Positions 1-13,699 of a DNA stretch of 64,000 nucleotides are shown piece by piece. Location of the stretch: the NCBI GenBank assembly GCA_963514005.1, contig OY740785.1, forward strand, positions 38,130,001-38,194,000. The letters are read 5' to 3'. This stretch comes from Raja brachyura. Taxonomy: Eukaryota. The position numbers and the translations under genes are program-made. The notes beneath the pieces were generated by a model. That model saw only the letters and a program-made list of their open reading frames with translations. It was not told the DNA's origin and made no database searches. Position 1 is the first letter of the stretch; each line of letters opens with the position of its first letter.

Positions 1-1075
1 CCATCCTCTGAGTGAGCTAATGAGTCCTCAGTTAAATGTCTCATCTGAACGACAACACCTCTGCAGTGCTGCACTCATTTATTACTATCAATCTTGATTT
101 TCGTGGTCGACTGGAGATGGATAATTTTATTTTGTGATATTTTCCAAGGCAGTAAGGAAAACGTGGAACAAGAGTTGAGTATTTAGCTCTCAACTGAGTT
201 TGGTTGTTGAGTAAACTGATATGATTTAAAATTAGTATTTTTCCACATATCTATTATTGTTCTTGGTTAACAAAAAAAAATGTTTTAAGATTAACAATAT
301 ACCTCTTATCAATTATCGTTTGCTGAAAATAATGGGCCAATGGTTCCTTGTTGTCACGTATGCACAGTCGGCATATTTTGGCGCCTATTACCAAGAAAAA
401 GTCTAAAGTTCACATGCTGAAATTATTGGAGCTCCCCCGATCCAGATAAAACTTTCTATCACCCTGGCCATTTGTAAATTGTTTAACCAATCCTGCAACA
501 TGTCACTCTAATATTTAGACCATGACTCCTCAGAACTCGATTCTACAAACAGCAGAGATAATTTCCCACTATCATGCTTTTCAAAAATATACAATTAAAT
601 ATTTTGCATCCATTTTGAGAGGACTAAAGGGCCTTGATTTAGTGTCTCATGTAAAAAAATGCATTCTGACAACACTCTCCCACAGTTACATCAGTGATGT
701 TTCAGCCAGATCTTCTACACTTGAGTGTGAGAGTTGGACGAATCCACAACTCCCTGGCTCAGAGATTGATGTCTAGTGACAGTTTCACATTACCCCGCCA
801 ATTACTTCATAGTTATAATGATTAATTGTGTTCTTGATTGTTAAACATTGTACTTCATAACATTAATTACAATAACCATGCACTTAATTATGTTTAGTGA
901 TGTTTAAGGTAAATTTAGAAAGGAAGAAAGTGAAAAGATACATTGAGAAGGTTTACTTTTGAATGGTCGATGTTGGCTGTAGATATCTGACACAACTGAA
1001 ATAAATTCCATACACGAGGCCTCCAAGCCACAATTATATTTTCATGCAGGTTCAATGGAGTATTCAACGGTATAT

Positions 1076-1342
1076 GAAGGAACTGCAGATGCTGGTTTAT
1101 ACCAAAGATAGACACAAAATACTGGAGTAACTCGGCAGGTCAGGCAGCATCTCTGGCGAGCAGTGGAGCAGACAAAATATGTAAGAAGGAATTGCAGATG
1201 CTAGTTTATACCGATGATAGACACAATATGCTGAAGGGTCTCAGCGGGATATACATATTTTGTGTATATCTTTGGTATAAATCAGCATCTGCAGTTTGCC
1301 AGAGATGCTGCCTGACCCACTGAGTTACTCCAGCGTTTTGCA
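1076..1342. repeat. Rearranged PLE terminal-repeat cluster
   Basis: GAAGGAACTGCAGATGCTGGTTT occurs twice, followed by inverted copies. Confidence 0.75.
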
Positions 1343-3079
1343 TGTATCCAATGGTAATGACATAAACTTGAATCATAACTGCCAACATGGACTATCCACA
1401 TAACTCTTAAAAAGTATATGTTGATACTTTTTTGGGAGGGCAATATATTCATTTTGTCCTCTGGTCACGGTGCCCTTTACGTGGCGACTCTTTGTATGCC
1501 TAGGTATGCAAAACAACGCATCTCACTGTGACATGAGAAGGATATCATCTAACATGTACAGCCAATTTTCTAAATTTACTGTGGGTCTTAGCATTTTCTA
1601 ACATCGCTGCATTTTTTTTAATGGTGTGACTGTTTCAACATTCCTTTATACACTGTACCATTTTCCATTGTTGTGTTGGAAGGACCAATACAAGTAACGT
1701 GTGCTGGGCTTACATCTATCCAAGTTGCCCGTCCCAAGCGAAGCCTTCGCTTTCCCTGCTGCCTTTCCCTCTTGAATACCCAATGCCTAACACCAGAATT
1801 GGATCCAGACATGCTTTTTGTCAATTGTGGAAGCGTAACGGAGGGTATGTTTAGGTTTTTGTTACAGGTTTAAAATTGACCTAAGGGCTCCTTTTTCGTT
1901 TATCTTCTTGCTCAAATTCCAATCTCAGTGTACTTCTGATGCTTGTCCAAAAACCAACTTGATAAGCTCAAGAGAAATAAAGACATAAATGTTTTATGTT
2001 GTAGTCGTTGGCTACTTTCCTCCTCCCGACATATTCCTGAGAAAATTTGCAACCTCACTAGGATGTATTGGCTTTTCCAGTCTTTGTTTTTTTTTCTGAT
2101 CGTCACGACAGCTAATAATGTCCATCAGATATTACTGAGAAAACGGACACATTCGCTGCCACTATTACTGTATGAATGCATGCATGTACAGTGTGTTTGT
2201 TGGGGAAATGTGTGAAGTTTGCAGCTTAAACCGCAGCATGGATAGCCTGGCGGCTTTACTGCACTTAAAATAAAAGTGCTGCAGAGTGCTTTCAGCCCAA
2301 GGTGTGATAAGGTGCAACGTTTACCAGAACAGCTGGCTTTGGAGATTTTCCTCAAATAAAAAATTATAGACGCCAGTTACTGTTCATTTCTAGTTGTTTA
2401 TTATTATGACGAACAAAGACTAGAATTTCCGCTCCAAGTTGTTTCAAGAAAGGATTAACACGAGTAGAAGATTTCGTGTGCCGATGGAGACTCGTCTCAT
2501 CTGCTGTCAATATTTTTCATATTGGTTTGCTAAACTAACATGTTTAGACACAACTCAGCGGGTCAGGCAGCATCTCTGGAGAAAAAGGATGGGTGACGTT
2601 TCGGATCCGGACCCTTCTTCAGTTGGGTTTATCATTTTAATCGCAAAACGCATTGGTGCCTCACCATGACTTCTAACAATGTTGCACCTACCTTAAGCCA
2701 ATTTGAAGCTCTGCACAGAAGAAATGCCTCCGATAGTGTGTGTTCAGGGGGATCCACAAAGAAAGCTTCTCGATGCATTGAAAGGCATTCAGTGTTCGTT
2801 GCTAATGGCTTGTGTGAATGGTTTATCCAACGAACAGCATCTCCAGCGATATTTAATACTTTACGAGGGAATTCCAGAATTTCAGCGGCAGAACAAAATA
2901 TTGCCTGCGTCTCAGAGATACAGAATGTAAACAGCGATTGAACAAGCATAGGACCGCCAAGGGAAGAATGGATGGCGCCACTTGGTTATACTCCAGCTGA
3001 GTGTCACTCCTGTGCATAATTGCATTGTAAACCCAGTTTGGAGACATAAGGAACTGCTGGTACTGAAATCTTGAGTTAA

Positions 3080-3397
3080 GCACAAAGTGTTGGAGTAACT
3101 CAATAAGTCCGATAGCGTCGGGGAAAGGAATGAATGGACGACGCGTCCGGTCGGGATCTGAAGAATGGCCCAGACCCGCAGCGGTGCCTATCCATTCTTG
3201 TAGAAAAGAACAGCAGATGCTGCTTTGCACCACTGATGCTTGAATAACTAAGCGGGACAGGCAGCATCTTTGGAAAGAAGGTATCGGTGACGTTTCGGGT
3301 CGAAACTCTTTGTCCAGTTACTCCAGCATTTTGTGCCTCTCCATTCCATCCGCAGATGTAGCCTGGCCCGCTGAGTTACTTCAGCAGTTTGTGTTTT
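3080..3397. repeat. PLE terminal-repeat cluster
   Basis: Family motifs in both orientations, degenerate. Confidence 0.7.
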
Positions 3398-3969
3398 AAT
3401 CAGTATACCTGTTTGACCTGAAAATATAATCTAATGCTGGAAATCTGAAATAAAAGCAGAAAATACACAAAACACACAACAGGTCAAGCAACGTTTATGG
3501 AAGGAGCAACAGACTGAACGTTTCGAGTTGAAAACCTTTGTTTAGAGTTGTGTTTCTCCTTCATCGATGCCGCCTGACTTGCTGTGTTTCTACTTTCGGG
3601 AATTAGTTACACCCTCGGCAAATTTAAATGTCAGATTTAATGCAATCCCACAGTTGGGGATCAGATAGGCGGATTATTAATCTAATTCAATTTTATCCCG
3701 GTAAAGCAAGATCATCCAACACTTATAATGCACTTCTGGAACCTGATGAGCAACATCAATCATTTTAAAAGCACGATAGGTGGAAGTCGGCGGGCTTTCA
3801 GTTGAGAAATGTGGCTCGTTTTATTGTTCAGATCATTATCGCATATCGCATTGCCTCGACATCCTGCAGCGAATGTATGTTGAACATCGTCAATGGGAGT
3901 CCTGCAAAACTGCCTCACGCTGCACGGAAAGAATAACAAAACCGCGCCTCTGGCCAGATTTGAAGGGAA

Positions 3970-4411
3970 AAAAATGCTGGAAGAACTCAGTGAATCAGGC
4001 AGCATCTGTGGATAAAACTGTACAGGCGATGTTTCCGGTCTGAACGTGTAGGAATGCACTGTAGGTGCCTGTTTAAACCGAAGATAAACACAAAATGCTG
4101 GAGTAACTCAGGCAGCTTCCCTGGAGAGACGGAATGGGTGACGTTTCGGGTCGAGACCCTTGTTCAGACCTTATTTTTTGGGTCTGAACACCTTTAGTAT
4201 CTTGTTTCTCCTAAAATATACAGAAAATACTGGAAAAACTCGGCGGGTCAAGCAGCAGCTCTGGGGAAAAGGAATGTGGCGATTCGGGTCGGGACCCTTC
4301 TTCAGACTGAAGGAGGGTCTCGACCCGAAACGTCACATTCCTTCTCTCCAGAGCTGCTGCCTGAACCGCTGAGTTACTCCAGTATTTTGTGTCTATCTGC
4401 AGTTCCTTTCT
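3970..4411. repeat. Cluster of PLE terminal repeats including fold-back 4216-4410
   Basis: Repeated GCTGGAGTAACTCAG..GGCAGCATC..GACGTTTCGGGTCGAGACCC units in both orientations. Confidence 0.8.
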
Positions 4412-4589
4412 CCGCCCCTTGTATCCCATTTTGTCCTGATGCCTGATTTGGATGTTCTTGGTGCGATCCATCTGAAATGATACCGACCATTTAATGAAAA
4501 TGAGTCTGTGTAGCCTGGAAGTTGTTGCCAGGGTGAATGGAAAACACTATTGTCCATTTACAGCTGAACGCTGTAAAAATAAATCTCAG

Positions 4590-4902
4590 CTGGTGAAGCA
4601 GCATCTCTGGAGAACCTGGATAGGCGATATTTCAGGTGGGTACATTTCTTCAGACTGATGGTGGTGGTGATTGAGGAGGGGGTGTGCTGGCACATATTAC
4701 CTGCCAGGCTTTATCCTAACCCTCCTCTCTTCCACCACCCCTCCCCCAACACCACCACCGCCATCACTATCAGTCTGAAGAAAATCCTGCCTCTAAACGT
4801 CCCCTGTCCACGTTCTCAAAAGATGCTACCTGGCTTGCTGAGTTTACTCCAGCACTTTGTGCCCTTTTGTGTAAAACCGGCATCTGCAGTTCATTGTATC
4901 TA
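4590..4902. repeat. Fold-back PLE terminal repeats with G-rich/C-rich inner arms
   Basis: ..CTTCAGACTGATGGTGGTGGTG.. is inverted against ..CACCACCGCCATCACTATCAGTCTGAAGAA.. Confidence 0.7.
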
Positions 4903-6265
4903 CATCTGGGGGGTGGGGGGGACAAGCCCGCGGTTATAACATAAGTACGATCAACATGTTACAATGAACAGAGATATATAACCATAAGCTTCCTGCTACT
5001 TGCAGCAAAGGAAGCAATATCCACACTCTGCTCTCAGGAGAAAATAAGACAAATAAGACCCATCGACAAGAGACAAGTCAAGAGTCTTTAGTTGTCATAT
5101 GTATCGACTACGGGGCAATTAAATTATTACTTACTGGAGCTTAACGTATCGTATAATATAAATCAGTAATTATCTTTATTTGGGGGGAAATCTGGCACCG
5201 TTTCTGTTTTTTCGCAAAATAGACAAAATATACCGGAGTAACTCAACGGGTCAGGCAGCAACTCTGGGTAGCAGCAGGTTGCGATATTTGCCAGTTTGGG
5301 GACACAGGTCTCGTTTTATTCAATACAAGTTCCATCCTCCTGATCCACGTAAGAACATGCATTGCGTGCATTCCCAAGGTTTGCGGCCAATGTACAGTGA
5401 CTGTCCTTTACAAGAGCATCACAATATTGTATTATTTCAAGGTGTGTTTTTATATCGAATGTTATTTTCTAAATTAGCCTTCCAGCGAAACGAATGGCTG
5501 AGACATTAACTTTTGTAATTAAAACTGCTTGTGTCAAGCAGATTTACAATTGAGTTTCTATGCAAAAGGTTCCTTTTTTTCCCACGGTGGACGGAGGTAC
5601 GAGAGACTTCAGATGCTGGAATCTTGAGCAAAGCACCGAAGGGTTGGAGGAACTCGGCGAGTCAGCATCTGTGGAGGGGTTGGACAGGCTATGTCTCGAG
5701 ACTTCAGAATAGTATAATAGACTGTTCTTTAAAAATAACATTAGCGGAAATGCATCTCTGGGAAAGAATGAAATTAATTATCGAATTTGGAACGGCGGGA
5801 CAAATTGTGATTTGTAATGGGCATTTGGGGCTAAATTTTAAAACAGGGTTGCAATTAATAACGTTAATCTTCAAATTAACCAGGCACCCACTTAAGTGGA
5901 GTTATGTCAATTTTAAATATCGTTCCTGTCATTGAATACACATAACAAATTCGAATAGTGGTATTTGAAATAATAATGAATCCATCCTCGAAGTAACGTA
6001 AGAAAAAAAAACTTGCTTAATAATTATAATGCTGGGAATATTTCTAAACTAAATAATTTGTATGCGGAAGAACATTTTCCTAGCCAAACGTATTGATTAT
6101 ATTATTTTAATGAAAGCAAAATTTGGAAGCAAATTTAACATTCCCCGGTTTTGAAGCGTCCTACTTGTTTAACATTGGTAATGATGTTGGAATAGTACAA
6201 GAAGGTAGGAAGGGGTTACACCAGCCAATTCTTACGCCAGCCAATTCTCTAACCCTTACGTAAAA

Positions 6266-6523
6266 TTTAGCTGAGAGATACAGCGCGGAAACAGGCCCTT
6301 CGGCCAATTATAACAAAGTTAATTCTAACAAAGCTAATTAACCTACACACCTGTACGTGTTTGGAGTGTGGGAGGAAACCGAAGGTCTCGGAGAAACCCC
6401 ACGAGGTCACGGCGAGAGCATACAAACTCCGTACAGACAAGCACCCGTCGTCAGGATCGAACCGGGGACTCCGACGTTGTCGCTCTAACTCAGCAACTCT
6501 ACCGCTGCACCACCGTGGCCGCC
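6266..6523 (-). mobile_element. HE1/V-SINE
   Basis: Reverse complement of the SINE head, B box (GGATCGAACC) and V-domain. Confidence 0.8.
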
Positions 6524-7018
6524 AAAAACGTGAAAGAGGACCATGCAATTTGCTGACACACCATCATATTTCAATCTGCTAAGTGTTAGAAAAAAAAACT
6601 TACCATTAATTTACAAGAATTTCAACTAATCTTGAACTCAGCGATGTGTACTTAGCTTTGAATATTGAAAAGGTGGCCTCTTGGTGGGCCGTTACATCGC
6701 ATCAGTGGTGAAGTGGAAGTAGCACTGCGTTTTCTCCTCAACGTGAGTTTATGTTGATGTCAAAAACTGAATCTACAACTTCGTGAACCACCGAATTCAA
6801 ATATGGATTTTCAGGTGAAAGAAAGTTTTGTAACCAAAATGTACTGGATCGCTCACTAATCAAATCTAATTATTTATTTTTGTTTATCTGTTGATTTTAA
6901 CTGAATAATAATGAACTATGAACGATAATGAACCTAGAGTATCAAATAAATATATTGATGGTGGAATCCCAGGTACAACCTAAAATGTGCTGCATACTTG
7001 GCTGTTAAATAAAAGTCC

Positions 7019-7238
7019 AGGAAGGAACTGCAGATGCTGGTTTAAGCCGAAGGTAGGCACAAAATGCTGGAGTAACTCAGCGGGACTGGCAGCATCTCTG
7101 GAGAAAAGGAATTGGGACGTTTCGGGTCGAGACCCTTCCTCAGTCTGAAGAGGGTCTCGACCCGAAACGTCAGCCCCTTTCCTTCTCCAGAGATGCTGCC
7201 TGTCCCGTTGGGTTACACCAGCAATCTGTGTCTATCTC
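7019..7238. repeat. Fold-back pair of PLE terminal repeats
   Basis: About 85-bp arms inverted around ~7142; hammerhead core CTGAAGA-GGGTCTCGACCC-GAAACGTC at 7145-7171. Confidence 0.85.
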
Positions 7239-8594
7239 AAGTAAAAATGCCCCAATTTTTTTTTGCAAAACGTTATTAGAATATCAAAATGGTTAAAATT
7301 GTACAAAGATTTGTCTTCCAAACTGCCTTCTAATCTTCAAAAAAAAATCTAAAGGTAAACATTGTGTGTTCATCTTTGCAATGTCAATAACTAAGAAACG
7401 GTTGAGTACACTGCAGATTCCTTTTATTTTCATATCCTAAAATAAATCGCTGCTCCCAATTGATCCAGGTTTTTAGTTGGAGTTGGGTGCTATCTGGACA
7501 TTTTAGATGGTACACATTCCCTCATCAGAATCGAACTGATTATCCAAGAAGACATCACTCTTCTGATACTTTTCTGATAAGTATTCTTGTAAACGATATG
7601 ATTACTTATTAAGCAGTAAGAAAAAAAGTTCAGAAAAATGTCCCCAGTTTAACCATTTTACTTTATTGGACCAGACTTGGTGATTCAGATCAGAACACAT
7701 ATAATGCTTATGCCTTAATAATAATCTCCTAATCTCACAATTAGAAAAATAAAACACTGCAGATGCCGGAAATGTTCTACAGGCTGGCATCTGTTATTGG
7801 CTTTGATGGGAAATATTGTTAAACAGACAAATTTATCTTTTGTTATGAATTCACGACAGACCATTTGAATGTTCTTGGTTACAGAGAAAAAGTTGGTTAT
7901 CAGTTGAATCCGGAAGAATTGTGGACTACTCGAGTCTAGTTCTGTTGATGTAGGAAGATAAAGGATTTCCACAGGCTATTTCCAAAGCTTATTTTTTGCC
8001 TTTCTGAAGTAATTTCCTGGTTGCTCAATAGTGTAGTCAATGCTGTAAGAGGATCTATTATCTCTAGAAGTGCAAACTGATGGGTTTCATAGATTTTTCT
8101 ACTTTTTCTATGTGATTGCTTGATCTTTCCGGCTACCTGAGTGAAAATACCACTCATGTTTTGGAATTGGATCGAAGAGATTATATTCCCTGTGCAATTA
8201 TTCGTACATGAAGATCAAGCCAACATTTGAACATTGTTATCCTTAGTTAGACTGGATTAGCCATCCTAAATATTTCTTTAGGGTTAGTTGGTTGGATAAT
8301 GGTTGTGTATTCTAGAGAGAGAGACGGAACATACACTTCTTATCTCCTCATCCAATTTAAACATCCTATTTTGAATAACATTGGCTTGCACTGCAGTTGC
8401 AATAACAACACACAAATAAAACATGTTTTCATTGGTTGATCATATTGAGCTCTGTGGTGTATTGCTTTGTGGCTCTTTCACTAGTTGGAGGCTGATATAA
8501 ATTAATCCAAATTATGTTTTTATAGTGAAACTGCCAATTCTTTATCCTGTCTCAATGTAGGGTTTAAGGTCACAGTGTTTTTGAATACATTGAT

Positions 8595-9488
8595 TGAGGA
8601 AGATGAGTCAATGTACGGGACAGAGATAGAACACTTGGTTGAATGGTGCCGCACCAACAACCCTCTCACTTGAGATTCACAAGACAAAGGAATTAATCAT
8701 TAACTTCAGGAAAGAGAGGTTGGGTGACTGCATAAGTTTTCATTGGGGATGGGTGAAGGAGAGAGATAACAGATTCAAATTCCTGGACGTTAATATCTCT
8801 GATAATCTGTCCTGGGTCTAGTACTTAGATGTAATCATGAAGGAAGCATATCAGTTCCTCTATTTCCTTAGAGGTTTAAAGAGATTTGGCATGCCAGTAA
8901 ATGCTCTAACAAACTTGTACAGATGTGCTGTGTAAAGTATTCTCACTAGTTACATCATGGCCTGGTATGTCAATTGCAATGCCCAGGAATGCAAGATTCT
9001 GCAGAGAGTGGTAGACTCAGCTCTTCCATATATCAAAAGCATCAATAAGAGGTACTGCTTCATGAAGAGCCGCATCTATCATCAAGGTACCCCACCATCT
9101 GGGCCATACCCTGTTTTCACTGCTATTATTGGCAGGAGGTACAGATGCATGAAGTCATACACCAACAGGTACAGGAACAGCTACTATCCTGATGCAACCC
9201 GCACAAGCCTAACCCTACCTCAACAACACTATTGACCACCTCTTGCACTACCATTGACAGTTTTATTTCCTACTTGTGTTTTATTTTCTACTTGTGTTTC
9301 ACACCAATGTCTTGTATTCTTTTTTCCTTGAACAGTATTCTTCATTTAAGAAATGTTATGTTTATTTGATATATAATTTATGTTTTTATATCCGAATCTA
9401 TGTGCTTGTGATGCTGCCTGAAGCAGGATTTTAATTGTACCTTATTGTACTTGGGCATATTACTAATAAACTCGACTTGATTTGATTT
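8595..9488 (+). mobile_element. Rex1/Babar-type LINE 3' fragment
   Basis: Decayed RT C-terminus (LVEWC..NN, KTKELIINFRK, FKFLDVNISDNLSW, LYFLR) ending in an AATAAACTCGACTTGATTTGA tail. Confidence 0.75.
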
Positions 9489-10103
9489 CATCATTGCATT
9501 CTGCATGTTTTTTAGAACCAACAACTTGGATTTATCATTGAAAATGTTGAATTGTACCTCAGACGAGTTTCATCCAGAATCGGTTAAGTCATGACAAAAA
9601 GAGGTTTTGCTGCATGGAAATAAAAAACATTGGCCAAAGAGTTGGGTTTTAAGCTGTAATAAAAACAGAATATAATGGAAACACTCAGCGTTGGACAGTA
9701 TATGTGAAATAAATCATCAGTTTCAGGTCCAGGACCCTTCATCAAATGCTGCCTGATCTATTGAGTATTTCTAGTATTTTCTGTTTTATCTCAGATTTAC
9801 AACATCCTATCATGTTTTTTTAACATTTTTTTTCTGGCTTCCAGGTATGTTTTAAATAAGGAAAGAGATGAAGTACTAGCGATGTTCAGATAGATTTTCC
9901 AGAGCGTAAGCTTTGGCAGCTGAAAGCACTGTCACAAATGGAGAAACAATTATATTTAGGGCTGGCCATGAAGTCATAATTGGACTGTTACAGATATCGT
10001 GATACTTTAGGGTTGTAGATTTCCACTTGGATATGATGGGATAGAATGGTGGAGAGATCTGAAATTATGGGTGAATAATGTTCACTGCTTTGTTTGCAGC
10101 ATA

Positions 10104-10393
10104 GGGCGGCACAGTGGCGCAGCGGTAGAGTTGTTGTCTCACTGCTCCAGAGACCTTGATTCGATCCTGTAAGGAGATTGTATGTTCTCCCTGTGACCTG
10201 CGTAGGTTTTCGCCGGAAGCTCCGTTTTCCTCTAAAGACATAGAGGTTAGTAGGTTAACTGGTTTTGGTAAAATTATAAAGTTTCCGTGGTGTGTAGGAT
10301 AGCATTCGTGTACAGGGAGATCACTGGTTGGTGCGGACTTGGTGGGATGAAGAGCCTGTTTCTAAACTGTACCTCTAAAGTCTAAAGTCTAAA
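10104..10393 (+). mobile_element. HE1/V-SINE (tRNA-derived)
   Basis: Head GGGCGGCACAGTGGCGCAGCGGTAGAG (A box), GATTCGATCC (B box), V-domain-like TGTATGTTCTCCCTGTGACC, CR1-type 3' end with (TCTAAAG)n. Confidence 0.82.
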
Positions 10394-13300
10394 ATTCTAA
10401 TGTATCATAGAATAATTTAATGGTTTCCATACAACAACAGGCCATTTAGACCATCAGGTCCATGCCAGCTTTCCACCAGAACAGCCCAACAGTTCCACCC
10501 TCCCACCAGCTCCATAGCTCTGCAATATTTTTCCTTTATTTATACAATTCTGTCTTGAAAGACATAATGGAACCTATATCCACAACATCTGTAGAAATGC
10601 ATTCCAAATTCCAAACACATGCTACATAAAAGTTGTTTCTCCTCATGTTAATCTCAGATCCCTTCTTGTTTAGTTTAGCCCACCGCCAATGGAAACAGGC
10701 TCCACATTGTGTCCAGAGACCTCCAGAGATCCTTTGTCAGGACTGATAATGGAGAGGGAAGATGGCCGATATACAGGAGAGAAGGGGAAGGTTGAGACAG
10801 AGGCTGGTGGGTGAAAGGTGGACCAGGGAGGAATGTGGGATGATGGGCAGAAGGAGCCAAATGGAGGGAGAGAGAGGTGGAGCTGGGAGGCCGAAGCACA
10901 TGGGTGATAAGTGGACACGACAAGGGAAAACAATGACCAGGGAAGAGAGGGTGAAGGTGGAGACAGAAGCTGAGGGGTGAGAAGCAGGGATGCAAAGGCT
11001 ACAAGTTCTGGAATCTGAGAAGTAAGAAAGATAATAATGGCAACTATTTAAGGGCAGATGCAGCCAGATGAAAAAGGGGGTCCGGCTGGTAAAGTGTGTG
11101 CGGTTGGGAGCAAGACGAGGGAAGGAACAAAAATGTGTGATGGGGAATCACACGTGTGTGATAGTAATCTAAGAGGGAAGCCCTAGAGGCAGTTTACCAC
11201 TCAATGGTAATGAGAAGAAAGTTAATCATTCCTCAGATTATTCTTGAGAGGAAGGTGAAGCTATGAGGGCAGATGCACATGTAATGAAAAAGAAGCTATA
11301 TGGGCTGCAAGTGCAATACCATTAGAAAATGTATTTCTGTGATAGAAATACTTGAAAAAGGTCCACCTGATTTGTACCTGATTATGCATATTCCTGACCT
11401 GAGACAGTAAAGCTTATTTTATTTTATTGTCACATGTGCTGAGGTAGAGTGAAAAGCTTTTTGTTGCATATTAACCAGTCAGCAGAACGATCATACATGA
11501 TTTCATTCGAGCAGTTCAGTGTTTCCGCCGGTTCAACAGAATTGACTCCCACCTGAACACCTCTTGACTTGGTCTGAATCCAGTCACATTGGGCAGGATC
11601 CCACAGGAAGATGGAGTTCATGTGTTGCCTCGATCACACTCAACCGACTGCAGTTGGTTTTTCTTTTGCACGGTCCCAGTGGTGAACATGATGGGATGTT
11701 TTAAATTGATCTGTTTGCTGTGCATTCTAGATCTCTGAGGGCTGCTGATTATTTTGCCTTGCTTGATGTGAAATTAATTATTATAGGAGATGGCTTAATT
11801 AGAGAGAAGTGAAATATTGTCATAAAGTTTCGGCTAAATTTATTTGTAAAAATAGAAAATGCACAAACTGCTACAAATTAGGCAGCAATCTTATTTCTAC
11901 ACATGTTGCCATGCCTGCTGAGCAGCTGCAGCACTCTTTGTACTTACTTTCAGATTTAGTCTGCATAATGCTCCTTTTTGTAAATGTTTTTCTCTGGTAG
12001 TTTTCCATTGGATTTATAGTAGATCAGGATGGTATGAGCTCTCTTGAGCCCCACTGGTCACGGTTTGTCTTTTGGTGCATGTTGGACTTGGAATGAAGGT
12101 GTTGATTTTCACCACAGCCTCTTGCTGACTTGCTCAGCATTTCCTGCATTTTCTACTTTGGAAAACTTAGCATTTTATCTCCCTTTCACATTTGACCACG
12201 TGGATGGGAAAATTACCAAATTAAGGTAATTTGCTTGTAACAAGGCTTTGCTTGTTTTTCTTTCTTTCCCACTTACCTCGCAGCTAAGTATTACAATTTA
12301 CTTATGGGTTTCTGATTTTCATTCTTCCACAGTATCTATTTACTTTTTCAAATGCTTGATCCCTCTGTGAGCTCTGTGATTCTGAAGATTAGATCTAAGA
12401 TCTTTTCAAATATACTTTCGCTGCTTTATTGGAGGGATTCTATGACAACCTATCTGTATCAAGACTGAATGCCACATGTATTCTCAACTCTTCTGACATA
12501 TTTTCACCATCTAATATTGTATCACCCATCAATTTACTGCTGAAATCTTTAATATTAACTCCGTTGTTTGATTAGTGCCAACTACAGTTAAACACTTTTT
12601 TAAAAATTCTGAAATTGTGCAGATTGAGGATCAACATAGCATTTAATGTTAATCCCTTGTTACCTAGAGATAGTTTAAGGACAATTTTTAGGCTTTAATA
12701 CTCCATATGTTAAAGGAGCTAGTGCAATACTGTTGCAGGAACTTTAGCGACTAACTATAAAAGTTTAAGACATTATGGTGTGTTTGCAGAAGGAACCGGG
12801 AGTCGATGGTGTTCATAATGTATCTCAGATATGGCTGCAATAGAAGGATTGTGCTTTTGTTGGGGAATCTACCAAAGATGTCAACGCAAGTTGCTACATT
12901 GCATTCTGTGGGATTGGCATTCTGGTCGTCGATGATTAGGTTAATGCATGCTGATTAAATGAAAATGTTCCTGAATGTTTGAGGCTCCTTGAGTTTCCTG
13001 CAGCTGCATCCGTTTAGGTTAATGGAGAATATTCCATCACAGTCCTTTCTTTTGCATCGTAGGTGGTGGAGGAACTTTGTGGAATCAAGAATGATTACAA
13101 GAGCAGTATTTTATCATATAATAAATGAGGCTGAGTTTCATGAAATAAAGAATATTACCTTGGTTTATTTGTGCTTTGATTTTCCTGTCAAGGTTAAGTG
13201 GGACGAACCAAATTTTGTAGCATCAGCCTCTGGTAAATGAAGACTTGGAAAAAAATCATTTACAAAATTAAATTCCCGCCACAAGCCCACATTATGTTCT

Positions 13301-13699
13301 AAAATGTCAATTTTCTGCCTGTGTCGTTATAATATCAATGTGGCATATGCAGAGAATAAAGGAACATGTTTTATTGATTTGGATCTGCAAAGTGATGTCG
13401 GCTAACATTCCCTGCTGTTTGAATATTAGGAGGAAGATATATAGATCATTTAGAAGGAGATTGTAGCCTCGAGTCTATTTGTAAATTAATGTCCCACTGT
13501 AGTAACTGGAAGTACTACTGAATGGTTAGGATTTAATAAATTCCAATTTGATAGCCAGAACCAAGATTTAACTATGAAACCAAATGGATTTGGGGCCCAT
13601 GAAGTATCACTAAACTTTGAACAGCTATAAGAGAGAGGGGAACATTTTATGTTCTGATCTACATTTTGGAAGGTCCTCTTATTTCAATACACATATATA

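Noticed and set aside
1618-1873. Possible coding exon
   Set aside because: No recognisable protein similarity and no convincing splice acceptor.
10104-10170. tRNA gene
   Set aside because: A/B boxes run into a V-SINE body and LINE-type tail with no complete cloverleaf; this is a SINE head.
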